Source: an uncultured Collinsella sp.
Lineage (GTDB): Bacteria > Actinomycetota > Coriobacteriia > Coriobacteriales > Coriobacteriaceae
Length of the DNA: 38,866 nucleotides
Direction of reading: 5' to 3'
NCBI GenBank assembly: GCA_949287055.1
Contig: CASEEY010000001.1
Location: 1-38,866 of the forward strand
Below the pieces are notes generated by a model. It saw only the letters and a list, made by a program, of their open reading frames with translations. It had not been told where the DNA came from and made no database searches. Positions 27,830 through 38,264 of this stretch are shown piece by piece (the stretch's first letter is position 1; every line of letters begins with the position of its first letter). A program made the translations under genes and the position numbers.

Positions 27830-28918
27830 ATGCGCACGGTTCAGATGAGCGACTATACCGTTGGCGAGGATGCGTTCGACGCGATTCCCGCCACGCTGGC
27901 AAATTATGGAGCGAAACGCGTCGTGCTCGTCGGCGGAAAGCGCGCGCTGGCCGCCGCCGCACCAGGCATCGCCGACGCGCTCGCGAACACGGATATCGAG
28001 ATTCTTGACACCATCGTCTACGGCACCGATGCGACGCAGACCAACGTCGACCGCTTGGCCGCGACCCCTGCCTTTACGCAGGCCGACGTTGCGTTCGCCA
28101 TCGGCGGCGGCAAGGCCATCGACACCGTCAAGACGGCAGCCATGGCAACGAACAAGACGGTCTTCTCGGTGCCGACCATCTGCTCCAACTGCTCCGCGGC
28201 AACCGCCATCGCGGTCATCTACCATGACGACGGGTCACTGAAGGGGTATGCCTATCCGCCCTGCCCTGCCCATATCTTCATCAACCCCCGCATCATCGCC
28301 GAGGCTCCCGCTGAGTACTTCTGGGCGGGCGTGGGCGACGCCCTCTCAAAGCAGCCCGAGGTGGAATGGGCGACGAGCACGCGCGAGCTCGGCCACACCG
28401 CGAGCCTGGGCCTGGCGCTTGCACACACCTGCACCGAGCCGCTCATGAGATGGGGCGTCCAGGGTCTCGAGGACGTGCGCAGCAATCGTTCCAGCGAGGC
28501 GGTTCGCCAGATTGCCCTGGATATCGTCGTGAACACCGGATATGTGTCGAATCTGACCAATCAGCCCGACTTCTACTACAACTCGACGCTCGCGCATGCC
28601 TTCTACAACGGTTCGACCGGCGTTCACCGCGAAGGTAAGGCACATTTGCACGGCGAGGTCGTCTCGTTCGGCGTGCTCGTCATGTTCGCCTACGCGAACA
28701 TGAACGCCGAGTTTGAACGCTACGCGAAGTTCAACAAGCGCATGGGCCTGCCGGTGACCTTGGCTGAACTCGATCTGGATGAAAGCCACCTCGAGGCCAT
28801 CTGCGCATATGCCCACGAGACCAACGAATGGAAGCAGGCGAATCCCGAACCGTTCGACGACACGCGCTTCATCGAAGCCATGAAGGCCGCCGACGCGTTT
28901 GGTCGCTCCCTTTCCTAA
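27830..28918 (+). CDS. Iron-containing alcohol dehydrogenase / glycerol dehydrogenase-like protein
   Basis: Start ATG 27830; IGGGKAIDTVK, VPTICSNCS, AGVGDALSK, LAHAF, HLHGEVVSFG, GLPVTL. Confidence 0.9.
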   Translation: MRTVQMSDYTVGEDAFDAIPATLANYGAKRVVLVGGKRALAAAAPGIADALANTDIEILDTIVYGTDATQTNVDRLAATPAFTQADVAFAIGGGKAIDTVKTAAMATNKTVFSVPTICSNCSAATAIAVIYHDDGSLKGYAYPPCPAHIFINPRIIAEAPAEYFWAGVGDALSKQPEVEWATSTRELGHTASLGLALAHTCTEPLMRWGVQGLEDVRSNRSSEAVRQIALDIVVNTGYVSNLTNQPDFYYNSTLAHAFYNGSTGVHREGKAHLHGEVVSFGVLVMFAYANMNAEFERYAKFNKRMGLPVTLAELDLDESHLEAICAYAHETNEWKQANPEPFDDTRFIEAMKAADAFGRSLS

Positions 28919-28938
28919 CGAAATCTCAGCCATATGAC

Positions 28939-28975
28939 GACGGGTGGGTACCGATGCTGTCGGTACCCACCCGTC
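28939..28975. terminator. Perfect 16-bp hairpin between convergent genes
   Basis: GACGGGTGGGTACCGA-TGCTG-TCGGTACCCACCCGTC. Confidence 0.8.
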
Positions 28976-29017
28976 TTGTGTACGCAGTCACGCGATCGAC
29001 GACGCTGCGTGAAACCC

Positions 29018-29635
29018 TTACTCCTCGACCTCGAGCGCAGAGGGGGTTTCAGCAGGCTGCTCGACCGGCATCGGCTCGACCGGCTGCTCAGGAGCGGTCG
29101 GCGCGGCGCCGAGCTTGGCACCGCAGTTCATGCAGAACGCGTCGCCCTCGCCCACGGCGGCCCCGCAGTTGGGGCAGACCGGAGTGGGAGCTTGCGGAGC
29201 TGCGGGGGCAGCAGGAGCGGCCACGGGCGCCTGAGCTGCCGCGAGCGCAGCCTGGACCTCGGCCATGGGCTTGCCGCAGCCCGAGCAGAACATATCGGTC
29301 GCCGCCATGCGGGTGTGGCAGAACGGGCACTCGATCGAAACGGCAGCCTGCGCGGCGGCCGCAGCCTGGCGCTCGATTTCATCGAGCTGAGCCTGGATGT
29401 TCGCGCGCTCCTGATCGATCTCCGCGATACCGTCGTAGAGAGCCTCGCGGCCGGTGCGCATCGCAGGGTCGTCCTTGGTTACATCGTACAGGCTCGCACC
29501 GAGCTGCGCGGCGAGCTGCTGGCGACGCTTCATCGCATCGCTCATCTGGTTCTTAAGCTTCATCGACTCCACGCCGCGGTTGGCACCGGCCATACCCCGG
29601 TTGACGGAAGCCTGCACATCATCGAGAAAACCCAC
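29018..29635 (-). CDS. Double zinc-ribbon protein with N-terminal coiled coil
   Basis: GTG start with GAAAGGAG RBS; CPFC..FCSGCG and CPNCG..FCMNCG separated by an Ala/Pro linker. Confidence 0.85.
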   Translation of the reverse strand: MGFLDDVQASVNRGMAGANRGVESMKLKNQMSDAMKRRQQLAAQLGASLYDVTKDDPAMRTGREALYDGIAEIDQERANIQAQLDEIERQAAAAAQAAVSIECPFCHTRMAATDMFCSGCGKPMAEVQAALAAAQAPVAAPAAPAAPQAPTPVCPNCGAAVGEGDAFCMNCGAKLGAAPTAPEQPVEPMPVEQPAETPSALEVEE

Positions 29636-29730
29636 GGTAGTGCTCCTTTCAAGACGCCGTGACGCATACCAGTATCGTATATTTCAAATGCACCTGCACC
29701 CAGAATCATAGGGACGCGGCTGATTCCACC

Positions 29731-30675
29731 TTAATTTTCAATGAGGCGTAGGTAGATCTGACGCCTGCCGCCGCTGACGTCCGGCTCATCGAACTCGTAG
29801 GTGCCCAGCGACTTGAGGAAGGGATGGAGCTTCTTGAAGCCGTAGTTGCGGACGTCGAAGTCCGGCAGGCGCTTTCCAAGCTGGTCACCGAGAAGCCCAA
29901 GGGAGACCCACCCGTCGTCATCGGAAAACTTCTCCGCGATCGCATCGATGTTCTCCCTGATCTTCTTCAGATGGCGACGGCGGTCGGCACGGCTCATCTC
30001 ACCGAAGGCGAGCTCGCCGGCATCATCCTCGTCGTCGACGGTCTCAGCCGACGTCGCGGTGCCGCGCGCTCCCCCTTCGTCGCCCGGGTGCCGTTTCGCG
30101 CTTGCAGACGAAGGCTCAAGGACGTCATCGTCGGAGGTGCGGCGCCCGCCGCGCTGCGCGCGTTTCCGACGGGTGCGGGAGGTCGAAGCCGCGTCTTCCT
30201 CATCCTCGTCATCTGCCACCGAGCCGGCAGCATAGAGCAGATCGAGGTACTTGAACTGATTGCACGCAGAGATGAACGGCTGAGGGGTCTTCTGCTCGCC
30301 CATGCCGATCACCTGCATGCCGCTTTCGCGCAGGCGCGCGACGAGCCGCGTAAAATCGGAATCGGAGCTGACGATAGCGAAGCCGTCGACGGTGCCCGAA
30401 TAGAGAATGTCCATCGCGTCGATGATCATGGCGGAGTCCGTGGCGCTCTTGCCCGTCGTGTAGCTGTACTGCTGCATGGGGATGATCGAGTTGTCCAGCA
30501 AACAGGTCTTCCACGAGGCGAGCCGCTGGCTCGTCCAATCGCCGTAGATGCGCTTGTACGTGGCGACGCCGGAGTTCGCCACCTCATCCAAAATGACCTT
30601 GATGTATTTCGGCGCGATGTTGTCGGCGTCGATCAGAATCGCAAATCGCAAGTCGCGTGAGGTGTCAGTTGCCAT
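29731..30675 (-). CDS. NYN (LabA/DUF88) domain protein with C-terminal OST-HTH/LOTUS domain
   Basis: ILIDADN, YGDW, GKSATD..MIIDAMD, VSSDSDF; charged linker; LGDQLGKRLPDFDVRNYGFKKL. Confidence 0.9.
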   Translation of the reverse strand: MATDTSRDLRFAILIDADNIAPKYIKVILDEVANSGVATYKRIYGDWTSQRLASWKTCLLDNSIIPMQQYSYTTGKSATDSAMIIDAMDILYSGTVDGFAIVSSDSDFTRLVARLRESGMQVIGMGEQKTPQPFISACNQFKYLDLLYAAGSVADDEDEEDAASTSRTRRKRAQRGGRRTSDDDVLEPSSASAKRHPGDEGGARGTATSAETVDDEDDAGELAFGEMSRADRRRHLKKIRENIDAIAEKFSDDDGWVSLGLLGDQLGKRLPDFDVRNYGFKKLHPFLKSLGTYEFDEPDVSGGRRQIYLRLIEN

Positions 30676-30816
30676 AGATGCCTTTCAGTAGAAGCGGGGC
30701 ACGCGATGATCTGGCGCCCGGTCGAAGCGGATAGGTTATCGTTCTGATTCATGATACCCGCAATGACGTTACGTTCGGACCAATACGACATGCGAAACAG
30801 CAGATACCAAGCACGA

Positions 30817-30842
30817 GAACGCCCCGCCGAAGCAGGGCGTTC
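30817..30842 (-). terminator. Hairpin terminator after ftsH
   Basis: GAACGCCCTGC-TTCG-GCGGGGCGTTC on the minus strand; weak U tract. Confidence 0.65.
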
Positions 30843-30874
30843 AAACGCACTGAGATACCGATGAGAAGGAACCC

Positions 30875-32785
<1,911 letters not shown>

Positions 32786-33007
32786 CGAATACTCCGTCTC
32801 GTACGGTTTGCAATGGTACAAAGATACCCGAATGCGCAGATGATAATCACGCTCCTACCCCGATTCCATCTGAGGACGTAGCGATGACGTGGAATGGGTT
32901 CAAGCGGAACTTCACATATGCAATGCTTCCTGCTGACCAAACCTTTGCCAACCATTACCTGCCACCTGCTATCATGCTCAGGGCACACAACGTGGAAGGG
33001 ATGGGAT

Positions 33008-34414
33008 ATGGCGTTCGGAAAACGCACGTCGCGGCATGCCGGGGCGGCATCGCTCGATGTGACGCACGGAGTCATCTGGAAGCAGCTCCTGCTGCTGTGC
33101 GTACCGATCTTCCTGAGCTCGTTTTTCCAACAGGCGCACGCCCTTATCAACACGTTCATCTTGGGCCAATTCGGCGGCAAGCTCGCCTTGGGCGGCGTGC
33201 AGTCGACCGCCTCGCTGTTCGAGTTGGCCGTCGGCTTTTCGGTCGGCCTCGGCGCGGGCTGCGCCGTCATCTCCGGTCAGTTCTTCGGCAGCCATGACGA
33301 CGAGCGCCTCTCGCGCGCCATCCACACCGCGATGACGATCGCGCTCGTGCTCGGTCTTTGCATATCCGTCGCCGGCGTTATCTTCATCCCGCACATCCTT
33401 GCACTCATGGACACGCCGGCGGATCTTATGGGCGAGGCGGTCCCCTATTCTCGCTGGTACGCCGCAGCGATGGTCTGCTCGCTCGTGCTCAATATGGGAT
33501 CGGCGCTGCTGCGCTCGGTAGGCGACACGCGCACGCCCGCCCTCATCATCGCGAGCGGCTGCCTGATCAACGCCGTGCTCGACATCGTCTTCGTCGCGGC
33601 GCTCGGTCTCGAGGCCGCCGGCTGCGGCATGGCGACGGCCATCACCCTTACGATCAACGCAGCCTTCATGACCATGCGCCTCATGCGCGCCGACGGCGCA
33701 TGGCGTCTTGACCTGCGCCGCCTGGGCATCGACGCGCGCATCTGCAAGAGCATGCTCGGCACGGGCCTGCCGCTTGCCATCCAGTCGTCGCTGTACTCGA
33801 TCTCCAACATCATCGTCCAGTCCACCGTCAACACCTTCGGCACCGACGCGGTGACCGGTTGGGGCCTGTCGGCGCGCCTCGATGCGTTCATCTGGATGGT
33901 GACCGAAGCCCTCGGCGTATCCATGACGACGTTTGCCGCACAGAACTTCGGTGCGCGCAACTACGAGCGCATGCGGGCCGGCTACCATACATCGCTCATC
34001 ATCACGGTCCTCGTCATCGGCAGCATGTCAGCCGGCCTGGTCGTGTTCGTGGAGCCCCTGTCGCGCTTCTTCATCGACGACCCGGCGGTCACGGGCTACA
34101 CGACGGTCATGATTCACTTCATCGCGCCGTTCTACGCGTTCTACTCCATCGTGGACAACACCTCGGGCGCGATCCGCGGTTCGGGAGAGAGCCTACGCCC
34201 GATGCTGCTCACGATTCTGGGCACCGTCGTGTTTCGCGTCATCTGGCTGCTTGCCGTCGTGCCCGTGCACCACACAATCGAGACCATGCTACTGATCTAC
34301 CCCGTCACCTGGATTCTGACGGCCATCCTGTTCGTGGCCTACCATCACTGGGGCCATTGGCTGCGCCACGCCGAGCACAAAGCCGCCCACCTGAGCGCAG
34401 GCGGCGTGGTATAG
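33008..34414 (+). CDS. MATE family efflux transporter
   Basis: Start ATG 33008; about 12 TM helices; GQFFG, LRSVGDTRTP, NAVLD, AQNFGA, IRGSG; TGC-TATCAT -10 at 32970-32975. Confidence 0.93.
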   Translation: MAFGKRTSRHAGAASLDVTHGVIWKQLLLLCVPIFLSSFFQQAHALINTFILGQFGGKLALGGVQSTASLFELAVGFSVGLGAGCAVISGQFFGSHDDERLSRAIHTAMTIALVLGLCISVAGVIFIPHILALMDTPADLMGEAVPYSRWYAAAMVCSLVLNMGSALLRSVGDTRTPALIIASGCLINAVLDIVFVAALGLEAAGCGMATAITLTINAAFMTMRLMRADGAWRLDLRRLGIDARICKSMLGTGLPLAIQSSLYSISNIIVQSTVNTFGTDAVTGWGLSARLDAFIWMVTEALGVSMTTFAAQNFGARNYERMRAGYHTSLIITVLVIGSMSAGLVVFVEPLSRFFIDDPAVTGYTTVMIHFIAPFYAFYSIVDNTSGAIRGSGESLRPMLLTILGTVVFRVIWLLAVVPVHHTIETMLLIYPVTWILTAILFVAYHHWGHWLRHAEHKAAHLSAGGVV

Positions 34415-34421
34415 ACGCCCG

Positions 34422-35330
34422 CTACGCGAACAATCCGGGTCGATAATGATATGAGTTGTCGGCGTGCGGACACAGCTGCCAGAAGGCGACCGCGCTCGCC
34501 GCGGCCACGTTCAGCGAATCGACGCCATGCGCCATGGGTATGCGCACCGTCAGGTCGGCGCCGGCGATGGTCTTTGCCGCAAGCCCGGCACCCTCGGTTC
34601 CCATAAAGATCGCCATGCGCTCGATCTGAGCAAGCGAGGGGTCGTCCAGCGAGACGGACTCATCGGTCAGCGCCATGGCGACGCAGGTAAATCCACTCTC
34701 ATGCAACGTCGCCAAGCCATCGTGCTGCCAGCTCTGGGCATCGCTGCCGATCCGGCACCAGGGAACCTGGAACACGGTTCCCATGCTCACCCGTACCGCA
34801 CGGCGATAGAGCGGGTCGCAGCACGTCGGGCTCACCAGAATGCCATCGACGTTGAGCGCGGCGGCGCTGCGGAAGATGGCGCCGACGTTCGTGTGGTCGA
34901 CGATGCCCTCGAGCACGCAGACGCGCACCGGCCTTTCCTTCGCACGCTCGACCAGCCCGTCAAGAAACGCCGATGGTGAAGCCAATACAGGACGGCGAAA
35001 CGCCGCCAGGGCGCCGCGCGTGACGTTAAAACCGGTAAGGCGCTCCATGAGCTCCATCGAGGCGATGAACACCGGAACCTCGCCGCGCTCCTCGGCAACA
35101 CGCTCAAGCAGGGGCGACAGTTGCTCCAACCAGCGCTCGCCCAAAAGGAAGCTGACCGGCTCGAGTCCGGCTTCAACGGCGCGCTCGATGACCTTTGCGC
35201 TCTCCGCGATGAAGATGCCCTTTTCGGGCTCGAGCACGCATCTGAGCTCGCGCTCCGTCAGGCGCGTATAGGCGGCCAGGCGCTCGTCGGAAAGATCGTC
35301 GATGTGAATGATGTTCACGGCGCTCGACAC
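34422..35330 (-). CDS. TrmH/SpoU family RNA methyltransferase
   Basis: Start GTG 35330; FIAES, DHTNVGAIFRSAAA, RAVRVSMG, MGTEGAGL, IPMAHGVDSLNVAAA. Confidence 0.93.
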   Translation of the reverse strand: MSSAVNIIHIDDLSDERLAAYTRLTERELRCVLEPEKGIFIAESAKVIERAVEAGLEPVSFLLGERWLEQLSPLLERVAEERGEVPVFIASMELMERLTGFNVTRGALAAFRRPVLASPSAFLDGLVERAKERPVRVCVLEGIVDHTNVGAIFRSAAALNVDGILVSPTCCDPLYRRAVRVSMGTVFQVPWCRIGSDAQSWQHDGLATLHESGFTCVAMALTDESVSLDDPSLAQIERMAIFMGTEGAGLAAKTIAGADLTVRIPMAHGVDSLNVAAASAVAFWQLCPHADNSYHYRPGLFA

Positions 35331-35335
35331 GGCCG

Positions 35336-36517
35336 TTACTTCCCGCCGCGACGGAAGAGCTTGCGCCCGGTATGCTTCAGCTTGTCCAGAATGGTCGGGT
35401 CGGGATGCGCCGCATTCCACGCCTCGCGACGGCGCCGCTTCTCGAGTTCGGCGTTGAGCGGCTCGCCATAACCCTGGACCAGGTTGCGATACCACGCGAC
35501 CATATCGGCAAGATCGGAATCGTCGGGCCTGCCCTTGTTCATGCCGCCCGTCAGCTTATAGGGGCCCCACGTATCAAAGCCGACGCACCCGTGACCGGCG
35601 AGGTAGTTGGCACGCTGCGCACGGCAGATGCCGTCGATGTCCTTGCCATACCACTTGCTGGCACCGCCGTAGGTGAGCAGGCTGAAAACGAAGGTGCCCT
35701 CGATGAGCGAGTTTTGCAGCACGCGGGCAAGATCCTTGTCGATCTCGCCGTAGTAGATGCCGCTCGCCACACCGACCAGCGGATAGTCGGACAAATCGAC
35801 CGTCTGCCCCTTGTCGAGGGTCGCCACATCCACCGCGTCGACATCCTCCGGGAACGCCGCCACGATGGCGTCGACGATCTTTTTGGTGTTGCCGTGGTGC
35901 TTGGAGCGATACAGGATCATCGTCTTGACGTGCACGGGCTCGGATGCGTCACCGTCGGCCTCGACCGGCGCCTCGCAGACCTCGTCGTCGCTCGCGTCGT
36001 CGGCATCAGTCCGCACGTAGTCGACGAACTCGAACGCAATGCCGTGATCCTCTTCTTCGGGAGCGATCGTGAAGGCCTCCGACGTGTCGGCGATGCGCCA
36101 CTCATCCAGCTCGTCGAGATTCGGGAAAAACGTATCGGCCAGGCGACGGCAGTGGTTCTTCGTCACGGCGACACGGCTGCAATACGGCAGGAACTGACCG
36201 TACACCTCGGCTCCGCCGATGACCCACGCTTCATCCTCGCCCTCGACCGCGGCAAGCGCCTCTTCAGGTGAATGGACGACCTCGACGCCCTCGCGCGCAA
36301 ACGCCTCGTCGCGCGTGAGCACGATGTTGCGCCGGTTCTTGAGCGGGCGGCCGCCCGGCAGGCTCTCAAGCGTCTTGCGTCCCATGATGACCGTGTGGCC
36401 GCTCGTCAGCTCGACAAAACGACGCATGTCGGCGCGGTTGGAGACGATCATGTCCCCTTCATATCCGATGCCCCAGTCGTCGCAGACGGCAACGATGGCA
36501 CAAAGCTTGCAGCTCAC
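35336..36517 (-). CDS. folA: Dihydrofolate reductase fused to a C-terminal flavodoxin-like domain
   Basis: N-terminus: AIVAV..GIG, ADMRRF, IMGRKT, PLKNRRNIVL, IGGAEVY, DTFFP. Acidic linker. C-terminus: ILYRSKHHGNTKK, DLSDY..VGVASGIYY, GFDTWGP..GGMNKGRPD. Confidence 0.9.
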   Translation of the reverse strand: MSCKLCAIVAVCDDWGIGYEGDMIVSNRADMRRFVELTSGHTVIMGRKTLESLPGGRPLKNRRNIVLTRDEAFAREGVEVVHSPEEALAAVEGEDEAWVIGGAEVYGQFLPYCSRVAVTKNHCRRLADTFFPNLDELDEWRIADTSEAFTIAPEEEDHGIAFEFVDYVRTDADDASDDEVCEAPVEADGDASEPVHVKTMILYRSKHHGNTKKIVDAIVAAFPEDVDAVDVATLDKGQTVDLSDYPLVGVASGIYYGEIDKDLARVLQNSLIEGTFVFSLLTYGGASKWYGKDIDGICRAQRANYLAGHGCVGFDTWGPYKLTGGMNKGRPDDSDLADMVAWYRNLVQGYGEPLNAELEKRRRREAWNAAHPDPTILDKLKHTGRKLFRRGGK

Positions 36518-36528
36518 AGGCAGACTCC

Positions 36529-37377
36529 TTAGATAGCGATAGGGATGTTCTTGATCTGAGGACCGTGTTCGTAGCCCTCGACGATCAGGTCGTCAGTCGT
36601 GAAGTCGTAGAAGTTGGTGACCTCGGGGTTCAAGCGAACCTTCGGCGCAGGATACTGCGGGCGGGCGATCAGCTCACGGATGATATCCACATGGCGATCG
36701 TAGATGTGCGCGTCGACGATGACATGCAGAAGCTCGCCGGCAACCATGCCGGAGACCTGCGCGACCATCATCAGCAGGATGGCGTACTGGCACACATTCC
36801 AGTTGTTGGCGGCAAGGATGTCCTGGCTGCGCTGCATGAGCACCATGTTGAGGACCGGCTTGTCCGCACCCTCCTCGTGGGTCACGTTATAGGTGACGCT
36901 GTAGGCGCACGGATACAGGTGCATCTCCGACAGGTCGGCAAACGTGTACATATTGGTCATGATGCGCCGGGAAAACGGCGTATGAGCAAGATCGTAGAGC
37001 ACACGGTCCATCTGGTCGAAGTCGCCCTCCGGATAATGCGACTTCTGGGCGATCTGGTAGCCGTACGCCTTGCCGATCGAACCGGTCTCGTCGGCCCACT
37101 CGTCCCAAATATGGGAATTGAGGTCGTGGATATTGTTGGACTTGCGCTGGTAGATCCACAAGATCTCGTCCATGGCGGACTTGAGCGCCGTGCGGCGCAG
37201 GGTGAGCGCCGGGAATTCCTCGCGCAGGTCGTAGCGGTTCGTGACACCGAAGGCCTTGATGGTGTAGGCGGGGGTTCCGTCCTCCCAATGGGGGCGGACC
37301 TTCTCGCCCTCAGTCGTCGTCCCGTGAGCGAGAATGTCGCTGCACATGGACACGAACAGCTTATCTGCCTTGCTCAT
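36529..37377 (-). CDS. thyA: Thymidylate synthase
   Basis: Start ATG 37377 with GGGAG RBS; IWDEW, GKAYG, SRR, LYPCAY, QRSQD, N, DAHIYDRH; TACAAT -10 at 37413-37418. Confidence 0.97.
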   Translation of the reverse strand: MSKADKLFVSMCSDILAHGTTTEGEKVRPHWEDGTPAYTIKAFGVTNRYDLREEFPALTLRRTALKSAMDEILWIYQRKSNNIHDLNSHIWDEWADETGSIGKAYGYQIAQKSHYPEGDFDQMDRVLYDLAHTPFSRRIMTNMYTFADLSEMHLYPCAYSVTYNVTHEEGADKPVLNMVLMQRSQDILAANNWNVCQYAILLMMVAQVSGMVAGELLHVIVDAHIYDRHVDIIRELIARPQYPAPKVRLNPEVTNFYDFTTDDLIVEGYEHGPQIKNIPIAI

Positions 37378-37526
37378 ACGCACTCCCGATACATCGATGC
37401 AATCGAATCTCCATTGTACGATGATGCCCGACAGATTCGGTCGGTAAACCAGCCATCACCCATCTTTTATGCAGGGCGACGGCATCCGTTGGCAGGAGGA
37501 GCGGACACCCTGCAGGTAACCATCGG

Positions 37527-38174
37527 TTATTCCGCAACGGCCTCCCGAGCGTCGCGCGACGGGTTGAACCCCACGATCATGTCGATGAGCGGTGAGGAGA
37601 TGAACACCGTGATGAGGGAGAAGACGATGCGCGTGAGCGGGATGTAGCTCAGCGACAGCAGCAGGACCGTCAGATCGGTAACCAGATAGCAGCGTGACAG
37701 ACGCCAACCCGATACCTTCTGGATGGACAGCGCCAAGGCGTCGTCTCCGCCCGCTGAGGCGCCGGCGCGCACCACCAAGCCGGCACCGACACCGACAAAG
37801 AGGCCGCCCGCGATAGCCGCGACGAGCGGGAGCGCGGAAAGATCGGGCAATAGATACGGCAAACGCTCCCAGATGGCATAGAAGCCGGCGATGCACGCAC
37901 TCGAGACAACCGACCACCCCAGAAACCCGGCACCGAGCAGCTTGAAAGCAACTGCGTAGCACAGGATGTCAAGTATCGGCGAGACGATCGACGAGGGAAT
38001 GCCGAGCCAGTGGTTGGCGAGCAACAGCGCGCCGATGACGCCGCCCTCGGTGATGCCGACAACCTGATGGATGTTGTGGATACCGAAGGTGAGAATTGCG
38101 GAACCGGCCGCTATGAGCGCAAGCCTTTTCAGTATGTCCGTGTGGTTACGGCACAGATATGTCCTGAGATCCAT
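37527..38174 (-). CDS. YitT family membrane protein (membrane domain only)
   Basis: ITEGGVIG, GGLFVGVGAGLVVRAGASAGGDD; about 6 TM helices. Confidence 0.85.
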   Translation of the reverse strand: MDLRTYLCRNHTDILKRLALIAAGSAILTFGIHNIHQVVGITEGGVIGALLLANHWLGIPSSIVSPILDILCYAVAFKLLGAGFLGWSVVSSACIAGFYAIWERLPYLLPDLSALPLVAAIAGGLFVGVGAGLVVRAGASAGGDDALALSIQKVSGWRLSRCYLVTDLTVLLLSLSYIPLTRIVFSLITVFISSPLIDMIVGFNPSRDAREAVAE

Positions 38175-38215
38175 GGGATCTCACCCCTTCTTGGTTCGCC
38201 TTGATTTCCTTTGGT

Positions 38216-38246
38216 AGACTAAACCTTGGTACGATACCAAGGTCAA
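38216..38246 (-). promoter_or_regulatory. MerR-type promoter/operator of yitT
   Basis: TTGACC (-35), 19-nt spacer, TAGTCT (-10); perfect dyad ACCTTGGTA-N3-TACCAAGGT at 38223-38243. Confidence 0.9.
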
Positions 38247-38264
38247 CGGCGACATGGAGAAGCT

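Noticed and set aside
29090-29260. Ala/Pro-rich low-complexity repeats
   Set aside because: Protein linker coding sequence, not a DNA repeat array.
32945-32975. TTGCCA-N19-TATCAT before MATE as a second MerR target
   Set aside because: The spacer has no dyad and no match to the ACCTTGGTA operator; an extended -10 explains the site.
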